DNA of 64,000 nucleotides from Verrucomicrobiota bacterium (GTDB taxonomy: Bacteria; Verrucomicrobiota; Verrucomicrobiia; Limisphaerales; CANJXF01): NCBI GenBank assembly GCA_038214755.1, contig JBBQRQ010000002.1, forward strand, positions 64,001 through 128,000, read 5' to 3'. Position 1 is the stretch's first letter; each line of letters opens with the position of its first letter. The position numbers were made by a program, and so were the translations under genes. The notes under the pieces are model-generated. The model did not search any database. It was not told the DNA's origin and was given only the letters and a program-made list of their open reading frames with translations. Shown here piece after piece: positions 27,041-37,069 of the stretch.

Positions 27041-27652
27041 ATGGCAATTATCAATCAGGCAACCAAAGAGCTTCAGGTAAAAATCGTTTACTACGGCCCC
27101 GGTCGCGGTGGAAAAACGACCAACCTCGAACAACTGCACAGCAATGTGCAAAACGTGCAGGAAAAAGGAAAACTCGTCTCGCTGGCGACCAGCTCCGACC
27201 GCACGTTGTTTTTCGATTTCCTCCCCATCGAAGCGATGTCGATCAAAGGTTTCAAAACCAAATTTCAACTCTACACCGTGCCGGGACAGGTCATTTATAA
27301 CACGACGCGCCAACTCGTTTTGCGCGGCGTGGATGGCATCGTCTTTGTGGCCGATTCGCAATACGACAAGATGGCCGAGAACGTGGAAAGTTTCGCCAAC
27401 CTCGAAGAGAACATGAAGGCATTGAAGTTGAACCTGGGCGACATCCCGTACGTTCTGCAATACAACAAGCGCGATTTGCCCAACGTGGCGCCAGTGGAAT
27501 ACATGGATTTTCTTTTGAACAATCGCGACGTTCAAGTCCCGTCGTTCCCCGCCTGTGCGACCCGATGCGAGGGCGTCTTCGACACGCTCAACATGATCAC
27601 CCGGCTGTTGCTCCATAAATTTATCAACGAAGGAACGCGCAAAGTGGCTTGA
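27041..27652 (+). CDS. mglA: MglA small GTPase
   Basis: KIVYYGPGRGGKTTNL, DRTLFFDF, YTVPGQ, GVDGIVFVADS, NKRDL. Confidence 0.95.
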   Translation: MAIINQATKELQVKIVYYGPGRGGKTTNLEQLHSNVQNVQEKGKLVSLATSSDRTLFFDFLPIEAMSIKGFKTKFQLYTVPGQVIYNTTRQLVLRGVDGIVFVADSQYDKMAENVESFANLEENMKALKLNLGDIPYVLQYNKRDLPNVAPVEYMDFLLNNRDVQVPSFPACATRCEGVFDTLNMITRLLLHKFINEGTRKVA

Positions 27653-27653
27653 T

Positions 27654-28130
27654 ATGTTCAGCCTCCCCCCATTGCTCGAGGAGGACATCCAGTGCATGGA
27701 ATCCGCTCTGGACGAACTGCTCCAAAAAAGCGAAGCGACCACCGCGCTGATCATCGACAAAGGCGGTCCTTTGATCACCCAGCGCGGAACGCTCAACGCT
27801 TTCGACACCACGACCATGGCCGCGCTGACGGCAGGCTCGTTTGCCGCGAGCGAAGCCATTGCAGGGTTGGTGGGCGAATCTTATTTCAGCAGTGTTTACC
27901 AACAAGGCGAGCGCCAGAGTTTATGGATCGGAAATGTTGGCTCTAATTTATTGGTGATCGTGATTTTCAAAGCCTCCCTCGGCGTCGGCGTCGTGAAATA
28001 TTTCGCGGTGCAGACGACTCAACGCATCGCCGCCCAGATCAAAAAAGCCCGGTCGCGCACCGATGAAAATTTGGATTTGGTCTCGCTCAATCTCCTGGAT
28101 TCTTCGGAGCTTTTTAAAAAGAAAGCTTGA
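27654..28130 (+). CDS. mglB: MglB roadblock protein (GAP)
   Basis: ALIIDKGG, AALTAGSFAA, GESYFSSVYQQGE; adjacent to mglA. Confidence 0.85.
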   Translation: MFSLPPLLEEDIQCMESALDELLQKSEATTALIIDKGGPLITQRGTLNAFDTTTMAALTAGSFAASEAIAGLVGESYFSSVYQQGERQSLWIGNVGSNLLVIVIFKASLGVGVVKYFAVQTTQRIAAQIKKARSRTDENLDLVSLNLLDSSELFKKKA

Positions 28131-28239
28131 GCCGTCCGTTTCGTCAGCCTTCAGAAATTGATTTCCACCTGCTTTGTTGGGAGGTCTTGACGCAGCCCAA
28201 TTTACACTTCTCAGGAGCGATGCGGGGTGTGATTTAAAC

Positions 28240-28656
28240 TGGCGGTCACTTGTAGCGCAGGATTGCATTCTGCCGTAGCGCAGGTTTTCAACCCTTGTCA
28301 TTACCCACAATTCCTCGGCGCCTTTTCAATCCCAACGGGATTGAAATCAATCAGCCCCGCGTTGCGAGGAACGAGCTACGCTGAGTCATCGTGCAAACAA
28401 ATCCTCAACCCGGAACGGGTTGCATAAAATCCCCTCTTACATCGCTACGAAATCGAATTTGATGAACGGAAGATTGGGATTAATTTCGCGATTTGATTCA
28501 ACTCTTTCAGAGTTGATGCACTTTTATTGACATCCCCCAGCGTAGCTCGTTCCTCGCAACGCTGGGCTAAGTGATCCCAATCCTTTCAGGATTGAAGAAA
28601 CACGGGCTGCGATGTGGGTAATGACAAGGATGCAATCCTGCGCTACGTGACCGCCA
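28240..28656. repeat. Four-layer nested inverted-repeat element
   Basis: TGGCGGTCAC/GTGACCGCCA > GTAGCGCAGGATTGCAT/ATGCAATCCTGCGCTAC > CCTTGTCATTACCCACA/TGTGGGTAATGACAAGG > TTCAATCCCAACGGGATT/AATCCTTTCAGGATTGAA. Confidence 0.85.
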
Positions 28657-28716
28657 CTTGAACTCACACCCCGGCGATGCGTCGGGGGGCCTTATTTTTT
28701 CAACGGCTCACTCAAA

Positions 28717-28748
28717 TAAAAAGCCGGACTTCATCACGAAGTCCGGCT
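28717..28748 (-). terminator. Rho-independent terminator of rpsB-tsf
   Basis: AGCCGGACTTC/GAAGTCCGGCT hairpin followed by a T run on the minus strand. Confidence 0.7.
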
Positions 28749-28765
28749 GGATCTGGCAAAGATTT

Positions 28766-29608
28766 TTATTCTGCCGGCGTTTCGCCAACTTGGAAACGCA
28801 CAAAACTGCGAATGACGATGTCGTCGCCGAGTTGCTTGGTCACGGCGCCGATATGTTCCTTGACCGAAATTTCAGAATTCTTTTTCACGAAACCCTGATC
28901 GAGCAGGCAATTGGTCTGATAAAACTTTTCCAACTTGCCTTCGATAATTTTAGCGACGGCTTGCGGCGGTTTGCCTTTGACTTGTTCCCCGGCGATTTCT
29001 TTTTCCTTCGCGATTACGACCGGATTCACGTCAGCGCGCGTGACCACGGAGGGATGAGCCGCCGCGATTTGCAACGTGATGTCGCGCACGAGTTGTTTGA
29101 ATTCTTCGCTCGCCACCGTTTGCTCCTTCCCCGCGCCGACTTCCACCAGCACTCCCACTTTTGCGCCGGTGTGAATATAAGCGGCGACCAATCCGCTGCC
29201 AGTCACTTCAATGCGATGGAACCTGGAAATTTTTATGTTCTCGCCAATCTTCGCAATTTGCGCGGCGCGGTCGGCTTCCAAATCCACCTGAGGATTGGCC
29301 GCGGTTTTTTTTGCCGCTTCATCGCAGAAGGCGCGGAAACTTTCGTTGCGCGCGACGAAATCCGTCTCGCAATTAATTTCAACGAGCACGCCAACTTTTG
29401 CGCCGGGCTGGATGTGTTGAGCGATGACGCCTTCATGGGCGGCGCGGGTCGCTTTTTTCGCAGCGGAGGCCGCCCCGCGTTTCCGCAAGAGATCGACTGC
29501 GGTGTCCAGATCTCCTCGCGCTTCGGTCAGAGCTTTTTTGCAATCCATCAAACCGGCGTTGGTCATTTCGCGCAGCTTGCCCACTGATGCAGCAGTAATT
29601 TCAGTCAT
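28766..29608 (-). CDS. tsf: Elongation factor Ts
   Basis: LREMTNAGLMDCKKAL, EINCETDFVARN. Confidence 0.97.
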   Translation of the reverse strand: MTEITAASVGKLREMTNAGLMDCKKALTEARGDLDTAVDLLRKRGAASAAKKATRAAHEGVIAQHIQPGAKVGVLVEINCETDFVARNESFRAFCDEAAKKTAANPQVDLEADRAAQIAKIGENIKISRFHRIEVTGSGLVAAYIHTGAKVGVLVEVGAGKEQTVASEEFKQLVRDITLQIAAAHPSVVTRADVNPVVIAKEKEIAGEQVKGKPPQAVAKIIEGKLEKFYQTNCLLDQGFVKKNSEISVKEHIGAVTKQLGDDIVIRSFVRFQVGETPAE

Positions 29609-29681
29609 AAAAATTTTGATCGGACGAAAATTGAAAAGCGGAATGCGCCGGAAAACTTTTCGGCATTCGCTGAAACTTTGG

Positions 29682-30485
29682 CTAAGCGGTCACGGGAGTT
29701 TCCACCGGAGCTTCCACTGTGGCGGGAGCCGGAGTCGCCGGCGTAGAGGCCGCGTCCTGAGCCGCGGCCGTTTCGGTTTTGCGACGAGCATGTTTGGAAT
29801 CAAATTCCGCTTTCGCCTGAACAATCGTTTGCACGACCGTCGCCAAAATTACGCGCACGGAGCGAATCGCGTCGTCGTTGGCCGCAATGGGGTGATCAAT
29901 TAAATCAGGATCACAATTGGTATCGACAATGGCGACGATGGGAATTTTCAAACGGCGCGCTTCGGCAATCGCGTTGTGTTCGCGCTTGATGTCCACGACA
30001 AACATCGCGGAAGGAAATTTGTCCATCACGCGAATGCCGTCCAAATTTTTGAAAAGGCGAACGGCTTCACGGCGGTAAACGGCCTGTTCCTGTTTGCCGT
30101 ATTGATTGATGCTGCCGTCGGCTTCCATTTTCTCGATCTGTTTCATGCGAGCGATGGAGCGCTTGACCGTTTGAAAATTCGTCAGCGTGCCGCCCAGCCA
30201 GCGTTCGGTGATGTAAAGTTGTCCACAGCCTTTGGCGGATTCTTTGATCGCTTCCTGCGCCTGCTTTTTTGTGCCGACGAACAAAATATTTCCGCCCTTG
30301 CTGATGGTCTGCTGCAAAAAATTGCAAGCCGCTTCGAGCTGCGAAAGAGTTTTACTGAGGTCGATGATGTGAATGCCGTTGCGGGCATCGAAAATGAAAG
30401 GCTTCATCTTCGGGTTCCAACGCTTTGTCTGGTGTCCGAAATGAACGCCCGCATCCAATAATTCTTTTACGCCAATACTGATCAC
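29682..30485 (-). CDS. rpsB: 30S ribosomal protein S2
   Basis: AGVHFGHQTKRWNPKM, RWLGGTLTN, VDTNCDP. Confidence 0.98.
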   Translation of the reverse strand: MISIGVKELLDAGVHFGHQTKRWNPKMKPFIFDARNGIHIIDLSKTLSQLEAACNFLQQTISKGGNILFVGTKKQAQEAIKESAKGCGQLYITERWLGGTLTNFQTVKRSIARMKQIEKMEADGSINQYGKQEQAVYRREAVRLFKNLDGIRVMDKFPSAMFVVDIKREHNAIAEARRLKIPIVAIVDTNCDPDLIDHPIAANDDAIRSVRVILATVVQTIVQAKAEFDSKHARRKTETAAAQDAASTPATPAPATVEAPVETPVTA

Positions 30486-30636
30486 AATTTTCCTTTGGTT
30501 AGAGACTCGGGAATTTTTCCCAAGCCATCCCGCGGAAGACGGGATTATTTTTGATGTTGTTGTGGCCGCCCGACTTCACACGAAGACAGATTTGAAGGCC
30601 GTTTTCCTTTCCTCAACGTGGCAAACCGCGCTCTGA

Positions 30637-30699
30637 AAAGGGTGTGAAACTTACCAAGAAAAGAGACCGTAGCAACTTCTATTTTCGACCGGTCGCACG
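30637..30699 (-). promoter_or_regulatory. Putative rpsB promoter (copy A)
   Basis: TTGCTA-16 nt-TAAGTT with extended TG; duplicated at 32018-32080. Confidence 0.55.
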
Positions 30700-30975
30700 C
30701 CATTTATATATCAGGCAAAAAAAATCAGGATGACCCTGAAAATTTCGGCTCAAGAGCGGCTGGACTTTCTTTTGGGGGGCAATTTGGTCACGCAAAAAAT
30801 CGCGAATGTCATTCCCGTTTTGGCGTAGCATTCACCCCATCCGGAAAATCTGAAACCGGTGCTGCTTGGTTCCAAAATCCGGCAAATCTTTTTTCGTATA
30901 GATTGAATCTTTGGGAATAAGCCATCCGGAAATGACAATTTGCTATTTAGGGAATGCGGGTGTCATGTAAGTCTT

Positions 30976-31350
30976 ATGTCAGAAAAAAACAAAAAACGGT
31001 TCGGAGTTTGGATGGATACGCACCACGCGACCATCGTAGGCTGCAACCCCACCGCCACTGAGTTCAACGTCCTCGGTCATGCCAAGAATCCAGGTGCCGG
31101 AGCCAATTCGAACGAGAATGCCTCGAACAATCTCGAAATAACTTTGGTTCGAAAGTATTTCAAAGAGATCGGCCGCCATCTGGTGAACGCGGAGGAGGTT
31201 CACCTCACCGGCACTGGCACAATCCAAGAGCAATTCAAGCACTACCTTGCGGAAACCCCCCAGTTCAAAAGGACGGTCGTTTCCGAAAGCACCTCCAACC
31301 AAATGAGCGATGAAAAGCTGGTTGAGTTCGTAAATAGCCATTTCAACTAG
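30976..31350 (+). CDS. Small eRF1/host-attachment-like protein
   Basis: FGVWMDTHHATIV..YFKEI..VHLTGTG pattern resembles bacterial eRF1-domain proteins. Confidence 0.55.
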   Translation: MSEKNKKRFGVWMDTHHATIVGCNPTATEFNVLGHAKNPGAGANSNENASNNLEITLVRKYFKEIGRHLVNAEEVHLTGTGTIQEQFKHYLAETPQFKRTVVSESTSNQMSDEKLVEFVNSHFN

Positions 31351-31649
31351 GAAGACGTCATCCAGTTTATGGCCTCAAAACACACCGCGCGACTCGCGTC
31401 ATCGCGGTAAAATACGAGGCAGTTGCGAAATCCGTTCACGGGCAACATTCTCAGCTTTGGCAATGCCGAGTTGCGCGTGCGAAAAATCATTCCGCATTCG
31501 GGATACCGGGAAATCTGGTGAAAGGTTTCATCAATTGCGCCAAGAACCTGTTCGGCAGCGGCGGGATCATCTTTTGCAATAAAAACGTAAATTTCCGGAA
31601 GATCATCCTCGATGACGGAGGCATGCCGTTCGATTCGTTTGTCAGCCAC
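31347..31649 (-). CDS. RelE/ParE-family toxin, C-terminus probably truncated
   Basis: DLPEIYVFIAKDDPAAA..YPECG..LVFYR; usual final strand and HGARD motif absent. Confidence 0.7.
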   Translation of the reverse strand: MADKRIERHASVIEDDLPEIYVFIAKDDPAAAEQVLGAIDETFHQISRYPECGMIFRTRNSALPKLRMLPVNGFRNCLVFYRDDASRAVCFEAINWMTSS

Positions 31650-31872
31650 GTTCTTGAGAGGCCTTCCGGACGCGCTCTTTCCAATCGGGCTCGAGCGGGG
31701 AAAAGGGGCCTTTGCAACGTTCTTCCAAAACCATTTCGAGTTCGGTTTGTTCGCAATCCGCGCGCGCCAACGCGAGCAAGTATTCTTCTTTCGAGCGAAA
31801 ACCGCCCGCTTTGAAGCGGTTCTCGATTTGCGCATCCAGAGTGTCTGGCAATGAAACGGTGACGTTGCTCAT
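31642..31872 (-). CDS. RHH antitoxin (ParD-like)
   Basis: VTVSLPDTL..GGFRSKEEYL; overlaps the toxin start. Confidence 0.75.
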   Translation of the reverse strand: MSNVTVSLPDTLDAQIENRFKAGGFRSKEEYLLALARADCEQTELEMVLEERCKGPFSPLEPDWKERVRKASQERG

Positions 31873-32017
31873 ATTGAAAAAGTCTGTTTGAATTCTTCGA
31901 TGACGTGCAGTGCGCTCACGGATTTAATTATGCACAAAGAATTCTTTCGGGCAAGCAACCGCATGGGGGTTGTAATTCAACAATTCTGACGTTTGCGCGA
32001 AATCGCGGAAGACCCGT

Positions 32018-32080
32018 AAAGGGTTTGGAACTTACCAAAGAAAAAGTCCAGGGCAACTTCTATTTTCGCCCAAACGCACG
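32018..32080 (-). promoter_or_regulatory. Diverged duplicate of rpsB promoter region (copy B), upstream of the TA pair
   Basis: 50/63 nt ungapped identity to 30637-30699 by manual alignment. Confidence 0.7.
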
Positions 32081-32188
32081 TCGCAATTCGTGGCAAAAAA
32101 GGTTCAGTCTTTGCCAATAGGGGTGTAGTTGCGTTTTTTCTTCAGGCCTAGATTTAGATCAGCAAAACAATCTAAAAATTGTAAAACC

Positions 32189-32767
32189 ATGAAAACTTCC
32201 TTCAATGAATTGGAAACGTGTCTTGATGAAAAATCTCCACGGACACGGCCGTTGTTTAGAGTTTTAATTCTTTTTGAAGACGAAGGCGTGAGTGACCGGG
32301 CGAAGCGGTTGCATGGCCATTTATTTCAAAATGTAAAAGACCATTGCCGCCTTGAGACATACCGTTGGGGAACGAAACAGCGTGGCGGAGTGGAGGAATT
32401 GGTCGAGACGATCACGATGGCGGACCTCATTATTGTCGCGGGGCGTGAGACATCGGAATTGCCAGAGGAGATTCAAACCGCGCTGAGAATTGGACTGGCG
32501 GAACGACGGCTGGAGAGCGGCGCACTCGTCGCGTTGCTGGGGAGAACAAATATCCGGGAACAAAATCCATCGGCGCTCCATTTGTTTCTGCAAAAAGTTG
32601 CGCGAAAATCCGGGCTAAATTTCTTTCCCGGCGCGTTTGAGTTGCCACAGGACGATCACGCTTACGACATCGATTCCATTCACGACCGAGCCGAGCGAAT
32701 GACGCCGACGATGCACCGCATTCTGCACCGCAACATCACGCCTATTGGTTACGGAATTAACAAATAG
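32189..32767 (+). CDS. Hypothetical protein
   Basis: Clean ORF from ATG 32189. Confidence 0.65.
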   Translation: MKTSFNELETCLDEKSPRTRPLFRVLILFEDEGVSDRAKRLHGHLFQNVKDHCRLETYRWGTKQRGGVEELVETITMADLIIVAGRETSELPEEIQTALRIGLAERRLESGALVALLGRTNIREQNPSALHLFLQKVARKSGLNFFPGAFELPQDDHAYDIDSIHDRAERMTPTMHRILHRNITPIGYGINK

Positions 32768-32789
32768 AAACTCGCAACAAAACAAATCT

Positions 32790-33089
32790 ATGAAAACTAA
32801 AAATATCTTTCTCACTCTTTCACTGGTGGCGTTTGTCGTCGGATTCAGCGACCCGGGCGAATCGGCCTTGTGGTCTGTGGGGCTTCCGGTCGGCGCGATC
32901 CTCTTTTGTCTCTTTATGATTTTCAATTTGTTAGAAAAAGAAACCGCGCTTTTGGACGATCAAAACCGCGAGGCTGCGGCCAAACGAAATCCTGCCAACG
33001 GAAAAGTTTTTTCTCCTGCTCTGGAGAAAAGCACGAAACCGGTTTATGGTTCCAGCGCCAGTGCCATTGGAAAACAAATTGCGATATGA
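32790..33089 (+). CDS. Small membrane protein
   Basis: Two hydrophobic segments. Confidence 0.6.
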   Translation: MKTKNIFLTLSLVAFVVGFSDPGESALWSVGLPVGAILFCLFMIFNLLEKETALLDDQNREAAAKRNPANGKVFSPALEKSTKPVYGSSASAIGKQIAI

Positions 33090-33122
33090 AGCAATAAAGG
33101 CTGATTCAGGCGAACATCTATT

Positions 33123-34412
33123 TTGAAACAATCAAAGCTTCAGCATTCCGCTACTTTTTATTTTTTGGTTGTATTGGTCTTTCTGTCTTTTAACGCACGG
33201 GCGGACGGCGATTTTCAGGGCGCGACGCATCTGGTGTCCTTCGACGAAGGCACTTTGAATTACAACAAACTGGTGCCTGACGACCCGGTCACCCGTTTGC
33301 AACAAGCCATCGAAAAAGGCGAATCGAAACTCAACTACAATTCCGAACACGGTTTTTTGGATTCCGTCCTGAAAAAATTGGACATTCCAAAATCGTCGCA
33401 AGTCCTTGTCTTCTCCAAAACTTCCTTCCAGCGCGACCGCATTTCGCCGCGAACGCCGCGCGCGCTCTATTTCAATGACGACGTTTATATCGGTTTCATT
33501 CCCGGCGCACCGCTGATGGAAGTTTCCACGGCAGACCCGAAAATTGGCGGTGTTTTTTATACGCTCGATCAAAGCGGCGACAACAAACCGAAATTCGCTC
33601 GCACCGATCAATGTCTTGAATGTCACGCGTCGGCCCGGAGCATGGGCGTGCCGGGCCATCTTTTACGCTCTTCGATGACCGATGAATCGGGCGCGCCGGA
33701 TTTGAGCAGCAGCATTTCTGACGTGAACCATCGCACGCCCATCGAGGATCGTTGGGGCGGCTGGTATGTGACTGGCAAAAGCGGCGAGCAAGCGCATCAC
33801 GGCAATCTGATTGGTCAGGCCGATTTCAAGCGCGCGGAAAAAAATCCAAATTTCCTTGGCAACATTTCTGATTTGAGCCGCTTCTTTGATGTCACGCGTT
33901 ATCCGGGAACGAACAGCGACATCGTCGCGCTGATGGTCTTGCAGCATCAGATTCACATGCACAATTTCATTACGCGTTTGAATTACGAATCGACGGTGCA
34001 ACTGGAGCGCTACGGGCACATCAATTACGTGACGAACATTGCGAATGCGTTTCTGAAATATCTGCTCTTTGTCGAAGAAGCGCCGATGAAAAGTTCGATG
34101 CGCGGCGACTCAACATTCACCGACGATTTCCAAAATCGCGGGCCGAAAGACAAACAAGGCCGTTCCCTTCGTGATTTTGATTTGCAAACGCGCCTGTTCA
34201 AATATCCGTGCAGCTATTTGATTTATTCCAAGTCCTTCGACGCGCTTCCCGCGAAAATGAAAGATTATGTTTACCTGCGCCTCTGGGAAATTCTCACAGA
34301 CAAAGATGATTCGCCCGACTTCGAGAAAATCGCACCGGGAACCCGACAGGCGATTTTGGAAATCATTTCCAGCACCAAACCCGGTCTGCCGGGTTATTGG
34401 AAAATGAAATAG
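33123..34412 (+). CDS. Secreted protein with a single CxxCH (putative c-type cytochrome)
   Basis: Signal peptide; CLECH; SQVLVFSKTSFQ, RWGGWYVTG. Confidence 0.7.
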   Translation: MKQSKLQHSATFYFLVVLVFLSFNARADGDFQGATHLVSFDEGTLNYNKLVPDDPVTRLQQAIEKGESKLNYNSEHGFLDSVLKKLDIPKSSQVLVFSKTSFQRDRISPRTPRALYFNDDVYIGFIPGAPLMEVSTADPKIGGVFYTLDQSGDNKPKFARTDQCLECHASARSMGVPGHLLRSSMTDESGAPDLSSSISDVNHRTPIEDRWGGWYVTGKSGEQAHHGNLIGQADFKRAEKNPNFLGNISDLSRFFDVTRYPGTNSDIVALMVLQHQIHMHNFITRLNYESTVQLERYGHINYVTNIANAFLKYLLFVEEAPMKSSMRGDSTFTDDFQNRGPKDKQGRSLRDFDLQTRLFKYPCSYLIYSKSFDALPAKMKDYVYLRLWEILTDKDDSPDFEKIAPGTRQAILEIISSTKPGLPGYWKMK

Positions 34413-34418
34413 ATGGAT

Positions 34419-34811
34419 TTACGAAAACTCTAATCCTGCGGGGCGCAAGAGTCCCATCCTCAATTGAAATGTATCCGCAATGCTCCGAGCAAAGTTCTTG
34501 GCCTCATCCGCTTTCGTTCCTGAGAAATTTTCATCCACGGTTTGGACAAACAGCGAAACCCACCGCGTAAAATGCTCTTTTTGCAGCGGCAACACGGCGT
34601 GTTTGGGAAAAGGCTGGCCCTTATAATTTTTCGTTTGGAAAAGAAGCGCGCTCCAAAAACTATAAAGCAAAGGCAGATGTTCATTCCAATCCACTTTGGC
34701 GACCTCGTTGAAAATGGGGGAAAGCGTCTCGTCCGCCTTCACTTTGTCGTAAAACAAATCTACGAGTTGCTTGATATCCTTTTCAGTTTGAATGTCCCTT
34801 TGCAAATCCAT
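34419..34811 (-). CDS. Group III truncated haemoglobin
   Basis: LVDLFYDKV, WNEHLP..FWS, PFPKH, HFTRWVSLF. Confidence 0.9.
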   Translation of the reverse strand: MDLQRDIQTEKDIKQLVDLFYDKVKADETLSPIFNEVAKVDWNEHLPLLYSFWSALLFQTKNYKGQPFPKHAVLPLQKEHFTRWVSLFVQTVDENFSGTKADEAKNFARSIADTFQLRMGLLRPAGLEFS

Positions 34812-34990
34812 CATTAAGGATACATCACCCGAGACCAGAACGAATAACAAACATCCTGCTGTTTTATAAGAAAACAACCCGTTCGGCTGCCGACAAAAAA
34901 TGATGTGTATCGGACAAAATGTGTGAAGTTAGAGAAGCTCAAAGGGATGATCTATTATACGTCGGTACAAAACCAATTTACTGAAGCGAT

Positions 34991-35500
34991 ATGAACACTG
35001 ATTTAAAAAGACCGGATGAGGTCAGCCAGCTTGCCAGTAGTATTGCAGCGCATCCTTTTTTAAAAGGATTGAGCAGCCAACATTTGCAAGTGCTTTCGGA
35101 CGCGGCGATGCTGAAGGACTTTGCGCCGGGCGAAATCATTTTTCGGGAAGGCGATCCAGCCAATCGTTTTTACCTCATCGAATCCGGCAAAGTCATTCTG
35201 GAAACCTCTGGAAAAGACCGGGAACCGAGATTGATTCAAACCATCAGCGCCGGCGATGTTCTCGGTTGGTCGTGGCTTTATCCGCCTTACTATTGGCATT
35301 TCAATGCGCGGACCACTGAACCCACGAAAGCGATTTTCTTTTACGGCACTCGTTTGCGTGAGAAATGCGAAGAGAATCACGACCTCGGCTATGATCTCAT
35401 GAAACGAATGGCGGGCATTGTGATCAATCGTTTGCAGGCGACCCGCCAAAAAATGTTGGAGACGCCAGAGAAAAAGGAAAATCGTGAAAACAGACATTGA
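34991..35500 (+). CDS. Cyclic-nucleotide-binding domain protein (no HTH)
   Basis: IFREGDPANRFYLIESGKV, GDVLGWSWL. Confidence 0.85.
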   Translation: MNTDLKRPDEVSQLASSIAAHPFLKGLSSQHLQVLSDAAMLKDFAPGEIIFREGDPANRFYLIESGKVILETSGKDREPRLIQTISAGDVLGWSWLYPPYYWHFNARTTEPTKAIFFYGTRLREKCEENHDLGYDLMKRMAGIVINRLQATRQKMLETPEKKENRENRH

Positions 35501-35553
35501 AAGCGGAGGCCTAGCGAAGTTGCTGTTTGCCGAATCAAGTAATCTCGTCGCTT

Positions 35554-36966
35554 TCAGAAATTAAGAGTCATCTGGAGATAAACCCAATCGGCATCAGTCG
35601 CGCCACTGGTCGGCGATAAAGAATTTTTCACGTAATCGCCAACGAAGAAATGTCCATAACCCGCCTGTACGTTTGCTGCTTTGCATACGTTGTAAGTCGC
35701 AATCAAATCAACTTCTGAACCAACGTAACTGCCCGCGTTCGCCTTGATTCCGTAACCGCCCGTGCTGCGCGGCGCACCGCTGGCCTGATAAAATGAGTCG
35801 CTGGTGTTTGCCAGCCAGAACGCGTGGTAATCCGCAGTGAGCGTAAGATTTTTCAACGGTTTCAACGAACCGGTCACGCGCACGTTGTGGATGTTTTGCC
35901 ATGAAACGAAATCCATGTTGCCGTAAAATTTATGATTAGTCGGAAGTAAATTGTCGAAGGTTCCATGTTTGCCGTCGGTGGAATCGCTGTCGCCAGAAGC
36001 ATAATTATATTCGAGTCCAGTGCGCGGTTTGCCGAAAGCATTGGTCCAGGTGTAACCGCCCGCCACATGCGCCGCGAACGCTTCGTGATCCAGTCGCTGA
36101 CCCGTTCCCGATTTGAAATCACCCAACTGGCCTGCCAGTTCGGCGTCGTAATCCCACGAGCCAAATTCGCCGGGCAACGATTTGACGCGTAGTCCAAGCG
36201 TGTAAATGTCGCGGGCTGAAGCGCCGGTCATAAACGCGGGCAATCCGGCACCGATAGCCGTGGGCGAATCAGGACTGACATTTCGCGCGAGAAAATAAGT
36301 TTGCACTTCATTTTTCGGAACAATCGTTCTGCTCGATGCGTAAATTCCGGAAAAGAAATCGTAATCATTGGCTTCGTTAAACTCGTCTGGATTCGTGAGA
36401 ACGACGCGGCTGACAAAAGCATCAATCCAGAAATCCGAATTATCGTAGCGCAATTTCGCCGCATCGAACACGCGTCCGATGTTGCTCCAATCGAACGCGC
36501 CGATCAGTCGTTCGTCGCCATAACTCAATTCCTGCCGTCCGACTTTCAACGTGAGTGGAAATTCCTTCGCGTTGCCGAGCAGCAAATACCCCTGATGCAA
36601 ATCGAGCGGATCCGTTTCGGGATGCGGTTTACGCTCGTCGCTCGCGGTTCGACTGTCACGAGCTTCCCCATAAACCGTCAGCCAATCCATTTTGTAACCG
36701 GCATGAAATTTTTCGCGGAACAAAAAATACGTGTTATCCGAATTACCGCCGCGACCCTGAAAATCAACCGTGCCTCTTCCGGGTGTGGCAAAATTTTCTT
36801 TGTGTTCCATGCGGACACGAAATTGGGCGCCTAAATCCCAGGGATCATACGCCGTCGATTGTTCACCGAGCCATTGGTTGAGCGGTGCATTGGTGTTTTT
36901 CGTTTGCGCCAATAATCCGGATTGGGCGAGAAACACCGAGAGGACGATGAAACAAATCACTTTCAT
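35554..36966 (-). CDS. Alginate-export-family outer-membrane porin
   Basis: Signal peptide, VGRQELSYGDERLIG, PTNHKFYG, terminal Phe. Confidence 0.85.
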   Translation of the reverse strand: MKVICFIVLSVFLAQSGLLAQTKNTNAPLNQWLGEQSTAYDPWDLGAQFRVRMEHKENFATPGRGTVDFQGRGGNSDNTYFLFREKFHAGYKMDWLTVYGEARDSRTASDERKPHPETDPLDLHQGYLLLGNAKEFPLTLKVGRQELSYGDERLIGAFDWSNIGRVFDAAKLRYDNSDFWIDAFVSRVVLTNPDEFNEANDYDFFSGIYASSRTIVPKNEVQTYFLARNVSPDSPTAIGAGLPAFMTGASARDIYTLGLRVKSLPGEFGSWDYDAELAGQLGDFKSGTGQRLDHEAFAAHVAGGYTWTNAFGKPRTGLEYNYASGDSDSTDGKHGTFDNLLPTNHKFYGNMDFVSWQNIHNVRVTGSLKPLKNLTLTADYHAFWLANTSDSFYQASGAPRSTGGYGIKANAGSYVGSEVDLIATYNVCKAANVQAGYGHFFVGDYVKNSLSPTSGATDADWVYLQMTLNF

Positions 36967-37069
36967 GGTGTAATTGAACTGCATTCAAAGAAGACATCCA
37001 ACCGTGTATTGTCGATCACTTCACATTTCTTGCTGTCGCGCGGTGCCGATTGGGAACTTCCCGCTTCGC

